Part shown: positions 12,810-25,957 of the stretch, piece after piece
Layout: every line of letters begins with the position of its first letter
Numbering within the stretch: the stretch's first letter is position 1
Assembly: GCA_024679065.1 (NCBI GenBank)
Contig: JAGIQG010000003.1
Location: forward strand, 110,236,001 to 110,300,000
Source of the DNA: Sphyrna mokarran
Lineage: Eukaryota
Length of the DNA: 64,000 bases
Reading direction: 5' to 3'
Translations under genes and position numbers: made by a program
The notes under the pieces: generated by a model
The model's input: the letters and a program-made list of their open reading frames with translations, nothing else
Told to the model about the DNA's origin: nothing
The model's database searches: none

Positions 12810-13865
12810 AGCGAATCCATGTTTTTTCTCATGTTATTCTTGAAATGCTTGTTCAGAAAGATGTCCAGTGGTTGATTAAGGCTGATTAGATTGTTTTGCA
12901 ATCTAACTTCAGCAACATCATCAACAACAAGGTCTGATCTGAATAGATGAGAAGACTTTTTCTTTACATAATCCTCCTGTCGGAAACTCCAAACTTTCCT
13001 TGGCCATGTTTTCAAGACATTTCGTCTATTCCATTCTTTATCATAAAAGTGAATGACGGCCTGTATTTTACAACCTCATTCGGGCGAGGCACGCAAAATC
13101 CCACCCAAGGCCTAAGGAGAATTTTGTTCTGTAAGCTTCAACCAGAATAGGGGCAGATGTGCCAGTAAAATTCTGGCAGACATCTCCTTCAGCAATTGCT
13201 GTTTGGGAGAGGTTTTCCCTTGAATATCTGGATTAGCTTAACCTTTGTCCTGTCAAACATACTCCACAGTGTGATTTTGAATCTACCTTCTTCATAGCCA
13301 GTTGGCTTCACTGACAAAGCTCTCTCTCCAACTTTGCTCACCGTTTGACTGCAGGCATGTCAGAACTTCTAAAAGTCTCATCCATGTTCTCAATACAGGC
13401 CAATATGTATTCATTCTTTTGTCAATGTTTAATTATAACTCACTGAAATGCAATAAGTCTGTCATCAAGTTCTTCTGGGAGATGCTGTGAAATCTTGGTC
13501 ATCTGTTGAAGTACAAAACTGTTCTTCTTCATAAACCTAGTGCAACATCCAGGGACAGCTTTGAAATCTGGATTGCCTAATTTTCTCAAGATCCTCAAGA
13601 AACTGAGATTCCATTATGGCAATTTTCATTGATGTATTTTATAACTTTGCTCTTAACTTTGGCCACATGGAAGGTCTTCCTTCATTTGCACATTCACTTT
13701 GGGCATCTGCCTAAGCTATGTAGAGAGCTCCCTCCAATCTTTAACATCCTTCCCCATTTCTGGAATTCTCTAGCTGCTACAGAATTATTTGTTGGCTGTA
13801 CAACCTTAATGACTTAAAGTTTGCACTGAGCTGTGTATCTACCATTCCTTCTGGGAAACGTCATG
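12810..13865 (-). mobile_element. pogo-superfamily DNA transposon fossil (POGK-like transposase pseudogene)
   Basis: - strand: MTFPRRNGRYTAQCKL*VIK...NNSVAAREF (Brinker-type DBD), FKAVPGCCTRFMKKN (CENP-B HTH), IENMDET...KPTGYE...IFK and NQPLDIFLNKHFK (DDE_1); stops and frameshifts; split by a MITE. Confidence 0.85.
13058..13178. mobile_element. Short MITE with 3-bp TSD (GAC)
   Basis: Imperfect TIRs GGCCTGTATTTTA / TAAAATTCTGGCA; GAC at 13055-13057 and 13179-13181; removal restores the pogo reading frame locally. Confidence 0.8.
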
Positions 13866-14281
13866 CCATACTAGAGGGCAGGATTGGTGGGAGCATGGTG
13901 CTGACATGAGGAGATGAATAGTCATTTTTTTTTTTGAAGAGTTAGTGTATGATTCTTTTGAATAGATTCACACTAGGTTGAATTTAACTTCAATAGACAG
14001 AAATAAAAAGAGTTTGAAATTTTTAGCTAAGAGTAAAAGATCAATTTATATGTGAGGTAAAATCAAAATCAGTAATTCTTTTGGCCAAGAGTCAACCTTT
14101 ACAAAAGATCAACCATTACTCAACTGTATAAGCTATGTGCCATTTTAGATAATCTTCACTGTTTCTTCATTTGTTTAATCTTTAATGTATTGAATTGAAC
14201 AAAGGAAATTTTGTCCACTATAAGATTTTGTAGTAAGTTTGCATAACTTAATTCTTTTTCACCTTCATTTCTTTCATCCAG

Positions 14282-14440
14282 GGCAAGACACGAAATCAAT
14301 TATCACGAATTTATGTTCCTGCTGACAGGGGGAGTAGGATTTCAGACCAAGGTACCAAATCCTGATCCATCCTGGCTCCAGGACAAGAGCTGGGATGAAA
14401 TCTGTCGTGCAAGTGACCTATCAAGCTTACATGGACTAAG
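14282..14440 (+). CDS. DNAH12: DNAH12 coding exon
   Basis: CAG acceptor; ARHEINYHEFMFLLTGGVGFQTKVPNPDPSWLQDKSWDEICRAS; donor GTAATA. Confidence 0.92.
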
Positions 14441-14905
14441 GTAATAGTTAGTTTTTGTGAGTCTGATCACAGTTACAGGGTAGTTAGTAATTCATCGCAA
14501 TGATTTTATAGGATCATGTTATAATTAGAATAACAGTTTTAGGGAATAATTACACAACAAGAATCTCATAAAATAATTCAAAATTGGAATAATTTATGTA
14601 AATCAGCAGTTCTCGAACCCCAACTCCCACATTATAAAAGTTCCATTCTTTTCATAATTTAATACATGACATTTTCTATAAAGAATTTACACAATTAAAC
14701 TTATACATTATTATTGAAGGTCCTCACCAATGAGAATCACATACGGTTCCCATCAATGGGGATTTGACGTGGTGGCATCACCATTCAGACTGGATGCCAT
14801 TATGGCTCCTTGGATGGTCGGGGAAGGGGTGCAGTGCCCCTTTGTGAGGGATAGGGGGGAGAAAGCTAATTAGTCTTTCTATCTAAATACAAAACTCATA
14901 TGATT

Positions 14906-15682
14906 TGTGTTACCATAGAGATTAGCTTTCAAAAGGAAAGTGTTTTTAAAATAGGCCTGAAAATTCTCATACAAGGTTTGTCTGGGACACAAAGAAAAAG
15001 TGTGGCTAGAGATTGAAAGACTTCATGGTTCACCACAGGTGGAACTTGTGCTCTGATTGAAAAACCAAATTCCTGAGGATTTGTGACAAGGTTGGAAAAC
15101 CCACTTAGCTTCCTCTTCAGAAGAAAAGAAGGTTACTGTAAAAGATTGTTCTGAGATTACAAGTTAGTAGGCTGAGAAAGGAAAATAACAGAAGCAAACT
15201 CTGTGAAATTACTTTGAATTGATTCTGAAAAAATTGAGTATATGTTTAACGACAGTGTACAGTATATCTCATTAATGTAATGTGGCAATATGTTATTTAA
15301 TATAGCTTTGGTTTGAGTTCCTTGGAGATATTCTTGAGAACAATGGTTACGATTACAATCTGGATTTGATGTAATGAGCTTCAAATTGTTTTGTACAGAT
15401 TCATTGCTGACAGGATAACTGGTAATATCCTTAAGCAAAACTTAATTGGATAAACTGTAATAGAAATTGATTTGACAGACAAGAGATGGTTATGCTTTTT
15501 TTAACTTAAGTCCTGTAATTTAAAGTATAACATGCATAGAAAGACAGCATTTGGTTAGTAGTACTTTTAGTCATTTGTTACAGTAAAAGTCCTAAGGTGT
15601 GAAATTTTATGTAATCTTTTCAGTTATTAATTAGAAGCTTGAACTTTGTTTTAAAAGTTATCAGTTTCTACAGAGATTGTAA
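14906..15682 (+). mobile_element. Putative solo LTR
   Basis: TGTGTTAC... start and ...GATTGTAACA end (TG...CA); non-coding. Confidence 0.45.
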
Positions 15683-16960
15683 CAACTCTTGTGTAATTCA
15701 GTCATGGAACTAAAAATCATACAATATCAGCATGAATGAGTTAGTCTAATTAATGCAATTAAGTCACATAGCATTGTAATAAGACCTGACTTGACTGGTG
15801 TTTTTTTTTCCTCAAATGTTATGTGCATATACGAACTCCAAAGACATTCAAACATTTTTTTTCCAAATTTTGTGCTATTGTGCATTGATTATAAGCACCC
15901 AGAACAGACGTACCTTTTTCCCGCTAAAATTTGTCAAAAGCCCTTTTTCCCTCCCCTTGAGGTCTCAGCCTGCATGGTGCAATCAAATATCAGCAATTGT
16001 GATGTTCATGTATGGTCTGGTACATTGTTTCCCCCTTTCCACACTTCAACCAAGTGTGAGGCCATCAGAGAATTCTATTCTTGAGCCTTGACCACCCCGC
16101 AGTAGACTTCTGGCCATACAGTCAAAGATCCTGATCTAATGCATTCTAATTAGGGAATCCTTTGGCAAAACATTTTGATCTGCTTTGTGCCCTCCCAATT
16201 CTGGTGTCTCTATTATAATCAATCTTTTACGTTTTTGTCCAATACATTGAAACGTTAGGGTCTGAGAAACTGTGATCTGACCATGAAAATAGATTACATT
16301 TAAAACTCTGCCAGATTAGTTAGTTTGCTGTGGTGTTGTTCATACATAAGCATAACATCAGTATTTTTCTCTTCCTGTAACTGGATCTCTCTTTGTCTCT
16401 TTACACATTAGTTTTTCTTCCTCTGTTTAATTCTGCCAGTCTTCCTCATGTGCAGCTTCCACATTTTACATTGTCCTCTTTGTTTCTGTAATGCTGATGT
16501 GTACATTACTACACTTAGGATGGTAAAATAAGCAAGACATTTCTTTCATTGATGGTGTTAGAAATGTAGCATTCGGGTGTTTGGGGTCGAAAGAGTTAAT
16601 GTGTGGGACTGAAGAAATAGTGTCACTCATTAGAGATGCAAAATGAAGAGCAAAGAGGGAGAATGCTCATAGCTTAGATTGAGTAACACATAGTCAAGTA
16701 TAACTGTATTTATTATGTTTATATAATATAGAATATAATGTATAATAAACTTGTCGTACTTGAAACATTCCTGAATCTCAGCAATTGTTCCACAGCCAGT
16801 CACAACAAATATACTACAGGTAAAACTAAGAATGAAGTGGAAAAAGAACTTAAGTATTAATAAACTTGATGATAAAGATGTCTAACCAATGAAATGATGC
16901 AAAGAATCAACCCCAAAAGATGTTAGACATAGCCAAGCAAGTAAAAATCAGGCAGTTTTT

Positions 16961-17259
16961 TAAAGTAAAGTTTATTATTAGTCACAAATAGACTTCTACT
17001 TACACTGCAATTAAGTTATTGTGAAAATTCCCTACTCACCACAAGCCGGTGCCTGTTCAGGTACATTGAGGGAGAATTTAGCATGACCAATGCAGCTAAC
17101 TAGTACGACTTTAGACTGTGGGAGGAAACCAGACACGTGGAGGAAACCCATGTGGACATGGGAAAAACATACAAATTTGCATAGATTGTGAATCAAGCCG
17201 GGAATCAAACCCAGGTCCCTGGCGCTGTGAAGCAGTAGTGCTAATCACTGTGCCAGCCC
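16961..17259 (-). mobile_element. HE1/V-SINE-type tRNA-derived SINE
   Basis: Reverse complement of a tRNA-like head (ggcacagtg.ttagcact...gggtttgattcc) and V-SINE core (ggaggaaacccatg). Confidence 0.85.
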
Positions 17260-17354
17260 ATTTGAGTTTAACCTCATTGGTGGGGAAATCTATAGAAATG
17301 ATCATTTCGAATAAAAGTTGTAGTTATTTGGAAGAATAAGAGGACAACTATGAG

Positions 17355-17955
17355 AAGGGACATGATCAATGCAGAACCTGAGGGTGTTGTATTTAAATGT
17401 GTGCAGTATATGAAATAAGGTAAATAAATTTGTAACGCAGATTGAAATTGGCAGGTACGATGTGGTGGGCATCAGGGGAATGTGGCTGCAAATGAATCAG
17501 GATGGGGGGCTAAATATCCAAGGATACACATCCTGAGAAGATAGGCATGTGGGTAATGGGACGGGGTTGCTTTGTTAGTAAGAAATGCAATTAAGTGGAT
17601 AGCAAGAATCAAGATAAGAGTTAAAAGATGTAGAATCTGTGTGGGTTAAGTTGAGGAATTGTAAAGCTAAAAAAGCTAAATTGTAAAGCATACAGGTCTC
17701 CGAGCAGTAGTCAGGATATGGAGCACAAAGTTCACCAGGAGACAGAAGAGACGTGTAAGAAAGGCAATGTTACAGTGATCATAGACCACTTCAGTACGCA
17801 GGTAGACTGGGAAAATCAGGAAAATCAAGTTGGTGGTGGATCCCAAGAAAAGGAATTTGTGTACTGTCTACAAGATGGTTTTTTTGGAGCAGCTTTAGAG
17901 GTCAATAAGGAACAGACAATTCTAGATTTGGTCTTATGCAATAAGACAAACTTGG
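17355..17955 (+). mobile_element. CR1 LINE endonuclease-region fragment
   Basis: Degenerate APE motifs (YLNV.SI.NK, YDVVGI, EQTILDLVLCN). Confidence 0.75.
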
Positions 17956-20388
17956 TGAGTTTGGATTTCTGTTCCAGAACTTCCTTGGACATTGACTGGC
18001 AGCCATGAGTCTGCAAGCTTATGTATTATAGTTATATGTAAATAAATATTGAAGTTATTATTTATCTGACTGGTGAACAGGAATTAAGGATAAAAGGAAG
18101 GAAAAATGATTCCAAGGTTGTGAGTTAAAAATCACGTTGAAGTTCAATTCAAGTTGAGAAACAGAAGAGTTTTCAGAAATGCCCCTATTCCAATGGATAA
18201 TGGATGCCTCCATGGAGGAATATAGACAGTACATTGAACGTTTGTGCTACTATTTTCAAGCCAACAGAGTAGAAAGGAAGAGAAAGGCGATCCTTGTCAA
18301 CTCAGGTGGAATTCAGGCCTACAATTTAATATGCAGGCTCAAATTCCCAAGCACATCTATCTCCAAATCATTTACTGAAATAGTTGAATTGTTGAAAACA
18401 CAATCCTAATCCTAAACTTACATCGCAACAATGTAAGTTTAACTCAATCGGGAGAGCCCATGGGAAACTATTGCAACTTATTACCAAATTATATTGGATC
18501 TTAGAGTACTGCAACTTTAGCCAGTGTCAATGATATGCTGCAGGACTGTTTAGTCTGCAGGGTAAATAATGAAGCCATTCAACAGAAGCTATTAGCAGAA
18601 GCAGATACAAATTTTAAGTTGGCACTAGAAATAGCACTAGCGATGGAGAGCATTGAAATTGGCTCACAGGAACTTCCGAGCACGCAAAATGACGTGATTC
18701 ATTAGTTAGGCAGGAAACTGCTATCAGCAATGGTGCCAAAACTGAACCTCTGATCTTAAAATGAGAAGCAGATGTATCCATGAATAGAGCAAGAAGATTT
18801 ATCAGAGCCAATCGATTGCTTAGGATTGAAGTTGTGTGTTACCAATGTAACAATGTGTGGTACCAATGTAAGGGGTAATCACTCCCCTTAAACCTGCAGG
18901 TATAAACAGGCTGAATGTTTTGTTCTGCCATAGGAAATGTCACTTAAGATACAAATGTAAAAGTAGGTCAAGTCTATTCAGTGACGTAGTCATACATCAC
19001 AAATGCATAATATGGAAGAGCCCAATGCTAAGATTTAAATGTGCATTCATTGTTCAACATTGAAGAGAACAAGGTAGCTCCCATCACTGCGATGCTTTTT
19101 GGTAAATAATAGGCCCTTAAAGATACGGGGACCTCTGCTGCAATGATCAGAGAACACACATTTTGATATTTACAAGAAGAAGTCCAGCCATTGAGTTTGA
19201 AGGGTACTGCAGCAAAACTAAAAACTTACACAGAAGAAGCTATCAAGATAAAGGGCACTACCATAGTATCTGCAAACAGTCCATTCTACTCCCATTAATA
19301 ATAGTATCAGGCCAAGGCAAAGTCTTTTGCGCCATAATCAGCTCAAGGCAATTAAGATAACTGGATGGAGATCTTCTGACTATGGAAAGTGAAACTGCCT
19401 GAATTAATGAAGAAGTTTCGGAACATTTTTTGTGACAAGTTATGCAAAATAAAGGACCTCCAAGTGAAGATCTTTGTAGATCCAGAAGCAGTTCCTCACT
19501 TTTTCAGAGCAATATCAGTACCATATGCCTTGTGAAAAATGTTGGACATGGAATTGAAGAGATTGGAAAACTGGGTATTATCCAGTCAGCTCAATTAGTG
19601 AAGTAAGCCCGTGATAAAGCCTGCCAAAACTATCTGCATCTGCAGAGACTACAAATTAACAATTAACTAGGTTGTCAAGTTGGATAAGTATCTAATCCCA
19701 AAAATTGAAGACTTGTATGCAAAGGCGGTGGACATCAGTCTTGTATCAAGCTAGATATAATCCACACAGATCAGCAACTTGAATTAGATAAAGTTACATT
19801 ATGATAAACAGACACAAAGGTTTGTTTAAGTAACACGTCTACTCTTTGGTATGTTGTTGGCATGTGCTATTTTCCAGAAAATAATGGAAAGTCTGTTTCA
19901 AGGAATGCCATAAGTTGTAGTGTACCTGAATAATATTTTGTTAACTGGATCAACAGAATCTGAGCAACTAGCTAACATAAAGGATGTTAGCTAAAGAGAT
20001 TTCAGGAGGTTGGCATTCACCTCAAGAGGAAAGATGTACTTTCAAGCTACCAAGATAGCCAATCTGGAGTATTGCATAGATGCACAGGGATTACACTCCC
20101 TCGAAGACAAAATCAGAGCAATAAATGAAGCACTGGTGTCAGAAACATATCTGAGCTCAAATCATTCTTAGAAATTGTGAATTATTATGGGTGTTTTTTT
20201 GACCAAATTTGTTGACATTATTGGTCCCCTTGCATACGCTGCTAAAGAAACACCAACATTGGTTTTGGAAGATGCCCCAGAAAGAAACTTCCAACAGAGT
20301 AAAGCAATTGTTACATTTATCAAGTTTATTGGTGCATTTTGACCCAACTAAAGAATTGATGTTAATCTGTGATGCCTCTCCATATGGC
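17956..20388 (+). mobile_element. Ty3/Gypsy LTR retrotransposon fossil (gag-PR-RT-RH, 3'-truncated)
   Basis: PBS-like TGGTG at 18071; gag YIERLCYYFQAN...AYNLIC; degenerate CCHC knuckle at ~18915-18958; RT ICRDYKLTIN, YLIPKIEDLY, VVYLNNIL; RNase H LVHFDPTKELMLICDASPYG. Confidence 0.9.
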
Positions 20389-20458
20389 AACAGTACTTTA
20401 AAAATAGCAAAATGTAAAAACTGACAGTTTAACAATTTCTCCCTTTTTTTTCAACTAG

Positions 20459-20603
20459 GGATCATTTCTCTAAGTCTAGTGCAGAGTGGCACAAAATCTA
20501 TGAAAGTAAAGACCCACACATTGTTCCTTTACCACATCCATGGGATCACAAAATCAATGAACTTCAGAAGATGATTGTTTTGCGGGCACTTAGACCAGAT
20601 AAG
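20459..20603 (+). CDS. DNAH12: DNAH12 coding exon
   Basis: TAG acceptor; DHFSKSSAEWHKIYESKDPH...LQKMIVLRALRPDK; donor GTAAAA. Confidence 0.92.
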
Positions 20604-20919
20604 GTAAAAAGAAAAGAACAAATATACACTTTCCAAAAATAGAATATACTCAAGTTTTAAAGTGATTTCAACAAATTCAAGTAACAATGAAAAACATTTC
20701 TCCTTTAAAAGCTTTGTTTATTTTTTTGCTGTGTTCCACTGACCTAAACTCTAATTTATACCAACTGCACAGCTCAACATATCTCAAAATAATTAATCAC
20801 TTCGAAGTACAGTGAATAGTGGCAGTCATTTTGAACCAAAATGAATAATTACATATCTGGATACTGGAAAATCTTTTCCTATTTGGTGATATGAGAGCTT
20901 TGATATTCATTTTTTCTTT

Positions 20920-21290
20920 GAATGTGGGCGACAATGGCAACATTTGTTGCTGGTTCCTATTTGTCTTAAAGGATTTAAGAATCACTATATAATGTGGGAT
21001 GAGAATCATGTCTAGAAGCGTACCAGTTAACCAGTTCAATAAAAATCTTGAATTAAAAGTTTAATGACAACCATGAAATCATTGCTGATTATCATAAAAA
21101 CGCATTAATAAAAATTCATTAATACCCTTAAGGAAAGGAAATTTGCCATCCTTACCTCGTCTGATCTACAGGTAATTCCAAATCCACAACAATGTGGTTG
21201 GCTCTTAATTGCCTTTTGAAATGGCAGAGCAAGCTACTCAGTTCAAGGGCAATTAGGGATAGAATGTGATGTCTACATCCCATAAACAAA
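20920..21290 (+). mobile_element. CR1-associated repeat fragments
   Basis: Repeat sequence also seen at ~33600, ~38400 and ~47300 (gggcaattagggat). Confidence 0.5.
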
Positions 21291-21427
21291 TACAAGAAGT
21301 TGTACCTTGTTTACTGATTTTCTTTCCATTCATGCCACCAACCCTGATCTAATTCCCAGCCAATTTGTGCCCCTTACAAAGGCAAATGTCACCATTTTAA
21401 TCCTTTGTTTGTTAGTTCAAGATCAAA

Positions 21428-21575
21428 ATTGCTAAGTTACCACTTAGTGTTAGGACTCACTAGGGTAACTGCATGGGGTTATGGGGATAGGGGGTTGGAT
21501 AGTATTGTGGTTGGTGCAGGCTTGATGGGTCGAATGGTCTCCTTCTGCACTGGGGGAATTCTATGAGCTATTCTA
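21428..21575 (+). mobile_element. Partial SINE with CR1-like tail
   Basis: ttgctaagttaccacttagtg...gggtcgaatggtctccttctgcac...ttctat; related to the 60951 copy. Confidence 0.6.
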
Positions 21576-21789
21576 TAAAATCATCACATAAACTGTGGAA
21601 AAATGTCGTTTAACAATGTGTCAGAAGGATTTTGTCACTGGCAATGCAGTACTTTTCCCTGCTTCACTGAAGTCCCAACTTTATAAATTATATAATTTAT
21701 AGATTATAAATCCAGTTAATTAGAAAACTGGGTATCCAGTTTAAACCCCACAGTAACTGAGGCAAACTAATGCACTTTTTATGGAAGCC

Positions 21790-24700
21790 ATAGAATCATA
21801 GAGATGTTCAGCATGGAAGCAGGCCCTCTGGCCCAAATTATCCATGATGCCCAGTTTTTACCATTAAGCTGGTCCCAATTGTCTGTGTATGGCCCATATT
21901 CCTCTATACCCATCTTACCAATGTAACTGTCTAAATGCTTTTTAAAAGACAAAGTTGTACACTCTAACACTACCTCTGGCAGCTCATTCCAGAAAATTGC
22001 CCCTCTGGACCTGTTTGTATCTCCCCCCCCTTTCAACTTAATCCTATGCCCTCTAGTTTTAGACTCCCCTAACTTTGGGAAAGATGTTGCCCCTCATTAT
22101 TTTATAGACCTCTATAAGATCATCCTTAAGCCTCCTAGTCTCCTGAGATCACTTTTAGCCTCTCCTTATAAGTGAAACCATCAAGTCTCAGTAGCATCCT
22201 AGTAAGCCTTTTCTGCACTTCCTCTAATTTAATAATATCCTTTTTATAATAAGTTGACCAGAACTGTAAGCAGTATTTCAAGTATGGCTTTACCAATGCC
22301 TTGTACAGCTTCAACAAAACATTCCAATCCCTGTACTCGATGTTATGACCAATGAAATCAAGCATGCCAAATGCCTTCTTCACCACTTTGTCTGCCTGTG
22401 ACACTTTCAAGGAGCTATGAGCCCATACCTCTAAATCTCTTTGTTCAATAACTCTCCCTAATGCCCTGCCATTGACTGATTTAAGGCCTGCCCTGGCACC
22501 ATCTGGCATTTCTCTAACCTGAACTCCATCAATTGGGCCATTCATCAGCCTACTGGCCCAATTGATCAAGATCCCATTGCAATCCTGGATAACTTTCTTC
22601 ACAGCTCACTATGCCATCAATCTTGATGTCATCTGCAAACTTACTAACCATACCTCTTATATTCATGAACACAAATTACATGCCAAAAATTGATGACAGA
22701 AGGCTATGGCAGATGAGAACCCTAGAAATTATCATGATTGCAAAAGAGATAGTGTTGGGCAAGTTAATAGGGCTAAAGATAGACAAGTCTCCTGGTCTTG
22801 ATGGAATGCATTCCAACATACTAAAAGAGATAGCAGGAGAAATAGCAAATGCACTATTGGTAATTTACCAAAATTTGCTGGATTCTGGGCTGGTTCCTGC
22901 AGATTGGAAAACAGCAGATGTGATGCCACTGTTTAAAAAATATGGTAGACAAAAGGCAGGTAACTATAGGCCAATTAGCTTAACTTTTGTAGTAGGGAAA
23001 AATGCTTGAATCTATCATCAAGGAAGAAATAACGAGACATCTGGATATAAGTTGTCCCATTGGTAAGATGCAGCATGGGTTCATGAAAGGCAGGACATGT
23101 TTGACTAATTTGGTGAAATTTTTTGAGAACACTATATGTGCAGTGAACAATGGGGAACCTGTGGATGTGGTGTATATGGATTTCCAAAAGGCATTTAACA
23201 AAGTGCTGCACCAAAGACTGCTACATAAGATAAAGGTGCACGGTATTATGTGTAATGTATTAGCGTGGATAGAGAATTGGTTAACTAACAGAAAGCAAAG
23301 AGTGGGGTGAAAAGGTGTTTTTCTGATTGGCAATCAGTGACTAGTGATGTGCCTCAAGGATCAGTGTTGGGACTACAATTGTTTACGATTTACATAGATG
23401 ATTTGGAGTTGGGGACCAAGTGTAGTGTATCAAAATTTGCAGATGACACTAAGATGGATGAAGAGCAAAGTATGCAGAGGACACTGAAAGTCTGCAAAGA
23501 GATATAGATAATCTAAGTGGGCGACAGTCTGACAGATGGAGTACAATGTTGGTAAATGTGAGGTCATCCATTTTGGTAGGAATAACAGCAAAATGGACTG
23601 TTGTTTAAATGGTAAAAAATTGCAGCATGCTGCTGTGCAGAGGGGCCTGGGTGTCCTTGTGCAGGAATCTCAAGAAATTGGCTTGCAATGCAGCAGGTAA
23701 TTAAGAAGGTAAATAGAATTTTGTCCTTCATTGTTAGAGGGACAGAGTTTATAAACAGCAAGATTATGTTGCAGCTTTTGAGGTGCTGGTGAAGCACACC
23801 TCGAATACTGTGTACAATTTTGGTCTCCTTATTTGAGTAAGGACATACTGGCACCGGAGGGGGTGCAGAGAAGATTCACTAGGTTGATTCAGGAGTTGAG
23901 AGGGTTGGCTTATAAGGAGAGACTGAGTAACTGAGATATACTCATTGGAATTCAGAAGAATGAGGGGAGCTGTTATAGAAACATATAAGATTATGAAGAG
24001 AATAGGTAAGATGAAAACAGGGAAGTTGTTTCCACTGGCAGATGAAATTAGATCTAGGGGGCATAGCCTCAAAAAAGGGGAAAGCAGATGTAGGACTGAG
24101 TTGAGGAGGAACTTCTTCACACAAAGGGTTGTGAATCTGTGGAATTCTCTGTCCAGTGAAGCAGTTGAGGCTATCTCATTGAATGTTTTAAGGCAAGGAT
24201 AGATAATTCTTTGAACTGTAAAGAAATTAAAAGTTATGGTGAGCAGGCAGATAGGTGGAGCTGAGTCCACAAAAAAGATCAGTCATTATCTTAATGAATG
24301 ACAAAGCAGGCTTGAGGGGCCAGGTGGCCTACTCCTGCTTCTTATGTTCTTATTCACATTCAAATTATTAATATAAATAACAAATAACAGTGGATCCAGT
24401 ACTGCTCCCTGAGGCACACTGCTGGTCACAGGCCTTCAATTTGAAAAATAACCCTCTACAATGAAGCTCTGTCTTCTGTCATCAAGTGAATTTTGTATCC
24501 AATTGGCTATCTCAGTCTGGATGACGTAACATTTAACCTTATGCAACAATTTACGGTGGTAACCCTGTCAAAGGCCTTGCTGAAGTCCACGTTGAGTGCA
24601 CTGCTCTCACCTACCTTCTTGATTACCCCTTCAAAAAACTCGATCATATTTGTGAGACATGATTTTCCACTCACAAAGCTATGCTGACTGTCTCTCATCA

Positions 24701-25180
24701 GTCCTTCCCTCTCTAAATGGCTGTATATCCGATCTCTCAGAATACCTTCTAACAACTTACCCACTACAAACAGTAGGCTCACTGGTCTGTAGTTCCCAGG
24801 CTTTTCCCTACAGCCCTCCTTAAACAAAGGCACAACATTTGCCATCCTCCCATCTTCAGGCACTTTACCTGTGCCTGTCGATGGTTCAAATATCTCTGCT
24901 AAAGGACCTGCAATTTCCTCCCTAGCCTCCTACAACTTCTTGGAATATACTTCAGATTTATCTACCTTGATGCACTTTAAGACTTCCTTTTCTGTAATAT
25001 GTACACTGCTCGAGACATCACTGTTTATTTCCTCAAGTACCCAAACATCCATGCTTTTCTCAACAATAAATACTGATGAGAAATATTCATTTAGGATCTC
25101 ACCCAACTCTTGTGGATGACCTTGTTGATCCTTAAGAGGCTTTATTCTCTCCCTAGTTACTCTTTTGCTCTTTATATTTG
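21790..25180 (-). mobile_element. CR1 LINE (outer, - strand), split by an inner CR1
   Basis: ORF2 remnants 22135-22602 and 24507-25238 (ANVVPLFK..GNYRPVSL, GKSCLTN, DFSKAFD). Confidence 0.9.
22666..24350 (+). mobile_element. CR1 LINE (inner, + strand) with TATTCA TSD
   Basis: [38 protein letters not shown] motifs; TATTCA at 22660-22665 and 24351-24356. Confidence 0.9.
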
Positions 25181-25803
25181 TAGAAGCTGTCCATATTGAG
25201 AGTGCCATATTACATTCAAACAAAATAATTTTAAACAAGTTGATTCAACCACATAAAGGAATTCTAAACTACCTAACTGACAAAATGATTTGCTAAATCT
25301 ACACTCCTTCTGAATGAACTCCATTCCTGATATTCTTATTTCACATAGCACAAATGAGCGCCCAAAATTTATGAATGTGGTCAGATTTTATTTTACCCTT
25401 GCACTTTAAGATTTTTTTTATTCTCATCATTTTAACACTTTGGTAGTTCTGCAGTCTTAAGTAATTAAGATTTCTTAACACACGGATTCAAAGAATAATA
25501 CAGCACAGAAGAAGGCCGCTCAGCCTATCGTGTTTGTGCTGCTCTTTGAAAAATCAATTCCATGGGACCACATTACACGCCTTTTCCTCAAAGCCCTGTA
25601 AATATTTCCCATTAAACAATTATATTAGATAAACTCTCCTTTAAGTTGCCATTTTTCTAAATCTCCTAAAGTCTATCTGAATAAGGTTGAGAGGTAGGTG
25701 TAAAGAGATCCAGTATTTCAAACATCTCAGAGCTACTAACTAAATTATTTACAGATATTGGAAATGGAGAACTTCTGATTTGTCTGAGCAGTTTATTAAA
25801 TGC

Positions 25804-25922
25804 GGGGTGGGATTTTTTGGCCTCGCTAGCCCCAAAACCAGAAAATCCTAGCTGAGGTCAATGGATCTTTTCATGGTCCGCCCCTCACCTGCTCTGGTTC
25901 CCATGAATGGGAAATTCACCCC
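25804..25922. mobile_element. Short MITE (~120-bp family)
   Basis: TIRs GGGGTGGGATTT / AAATTCACCCC; flanks TGC/TGT. Confidence 0.75.
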
Positions 25923-25957
25923 TGTGTCTATTCTATTTTCTTTATATTTGGAATCAA

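Noticed and set aside
15790-16200. Possible L1/Tx1 3' fragment on the - strand
   Set aside because: Only a faint C..ET-like remnant, too degraded to call.
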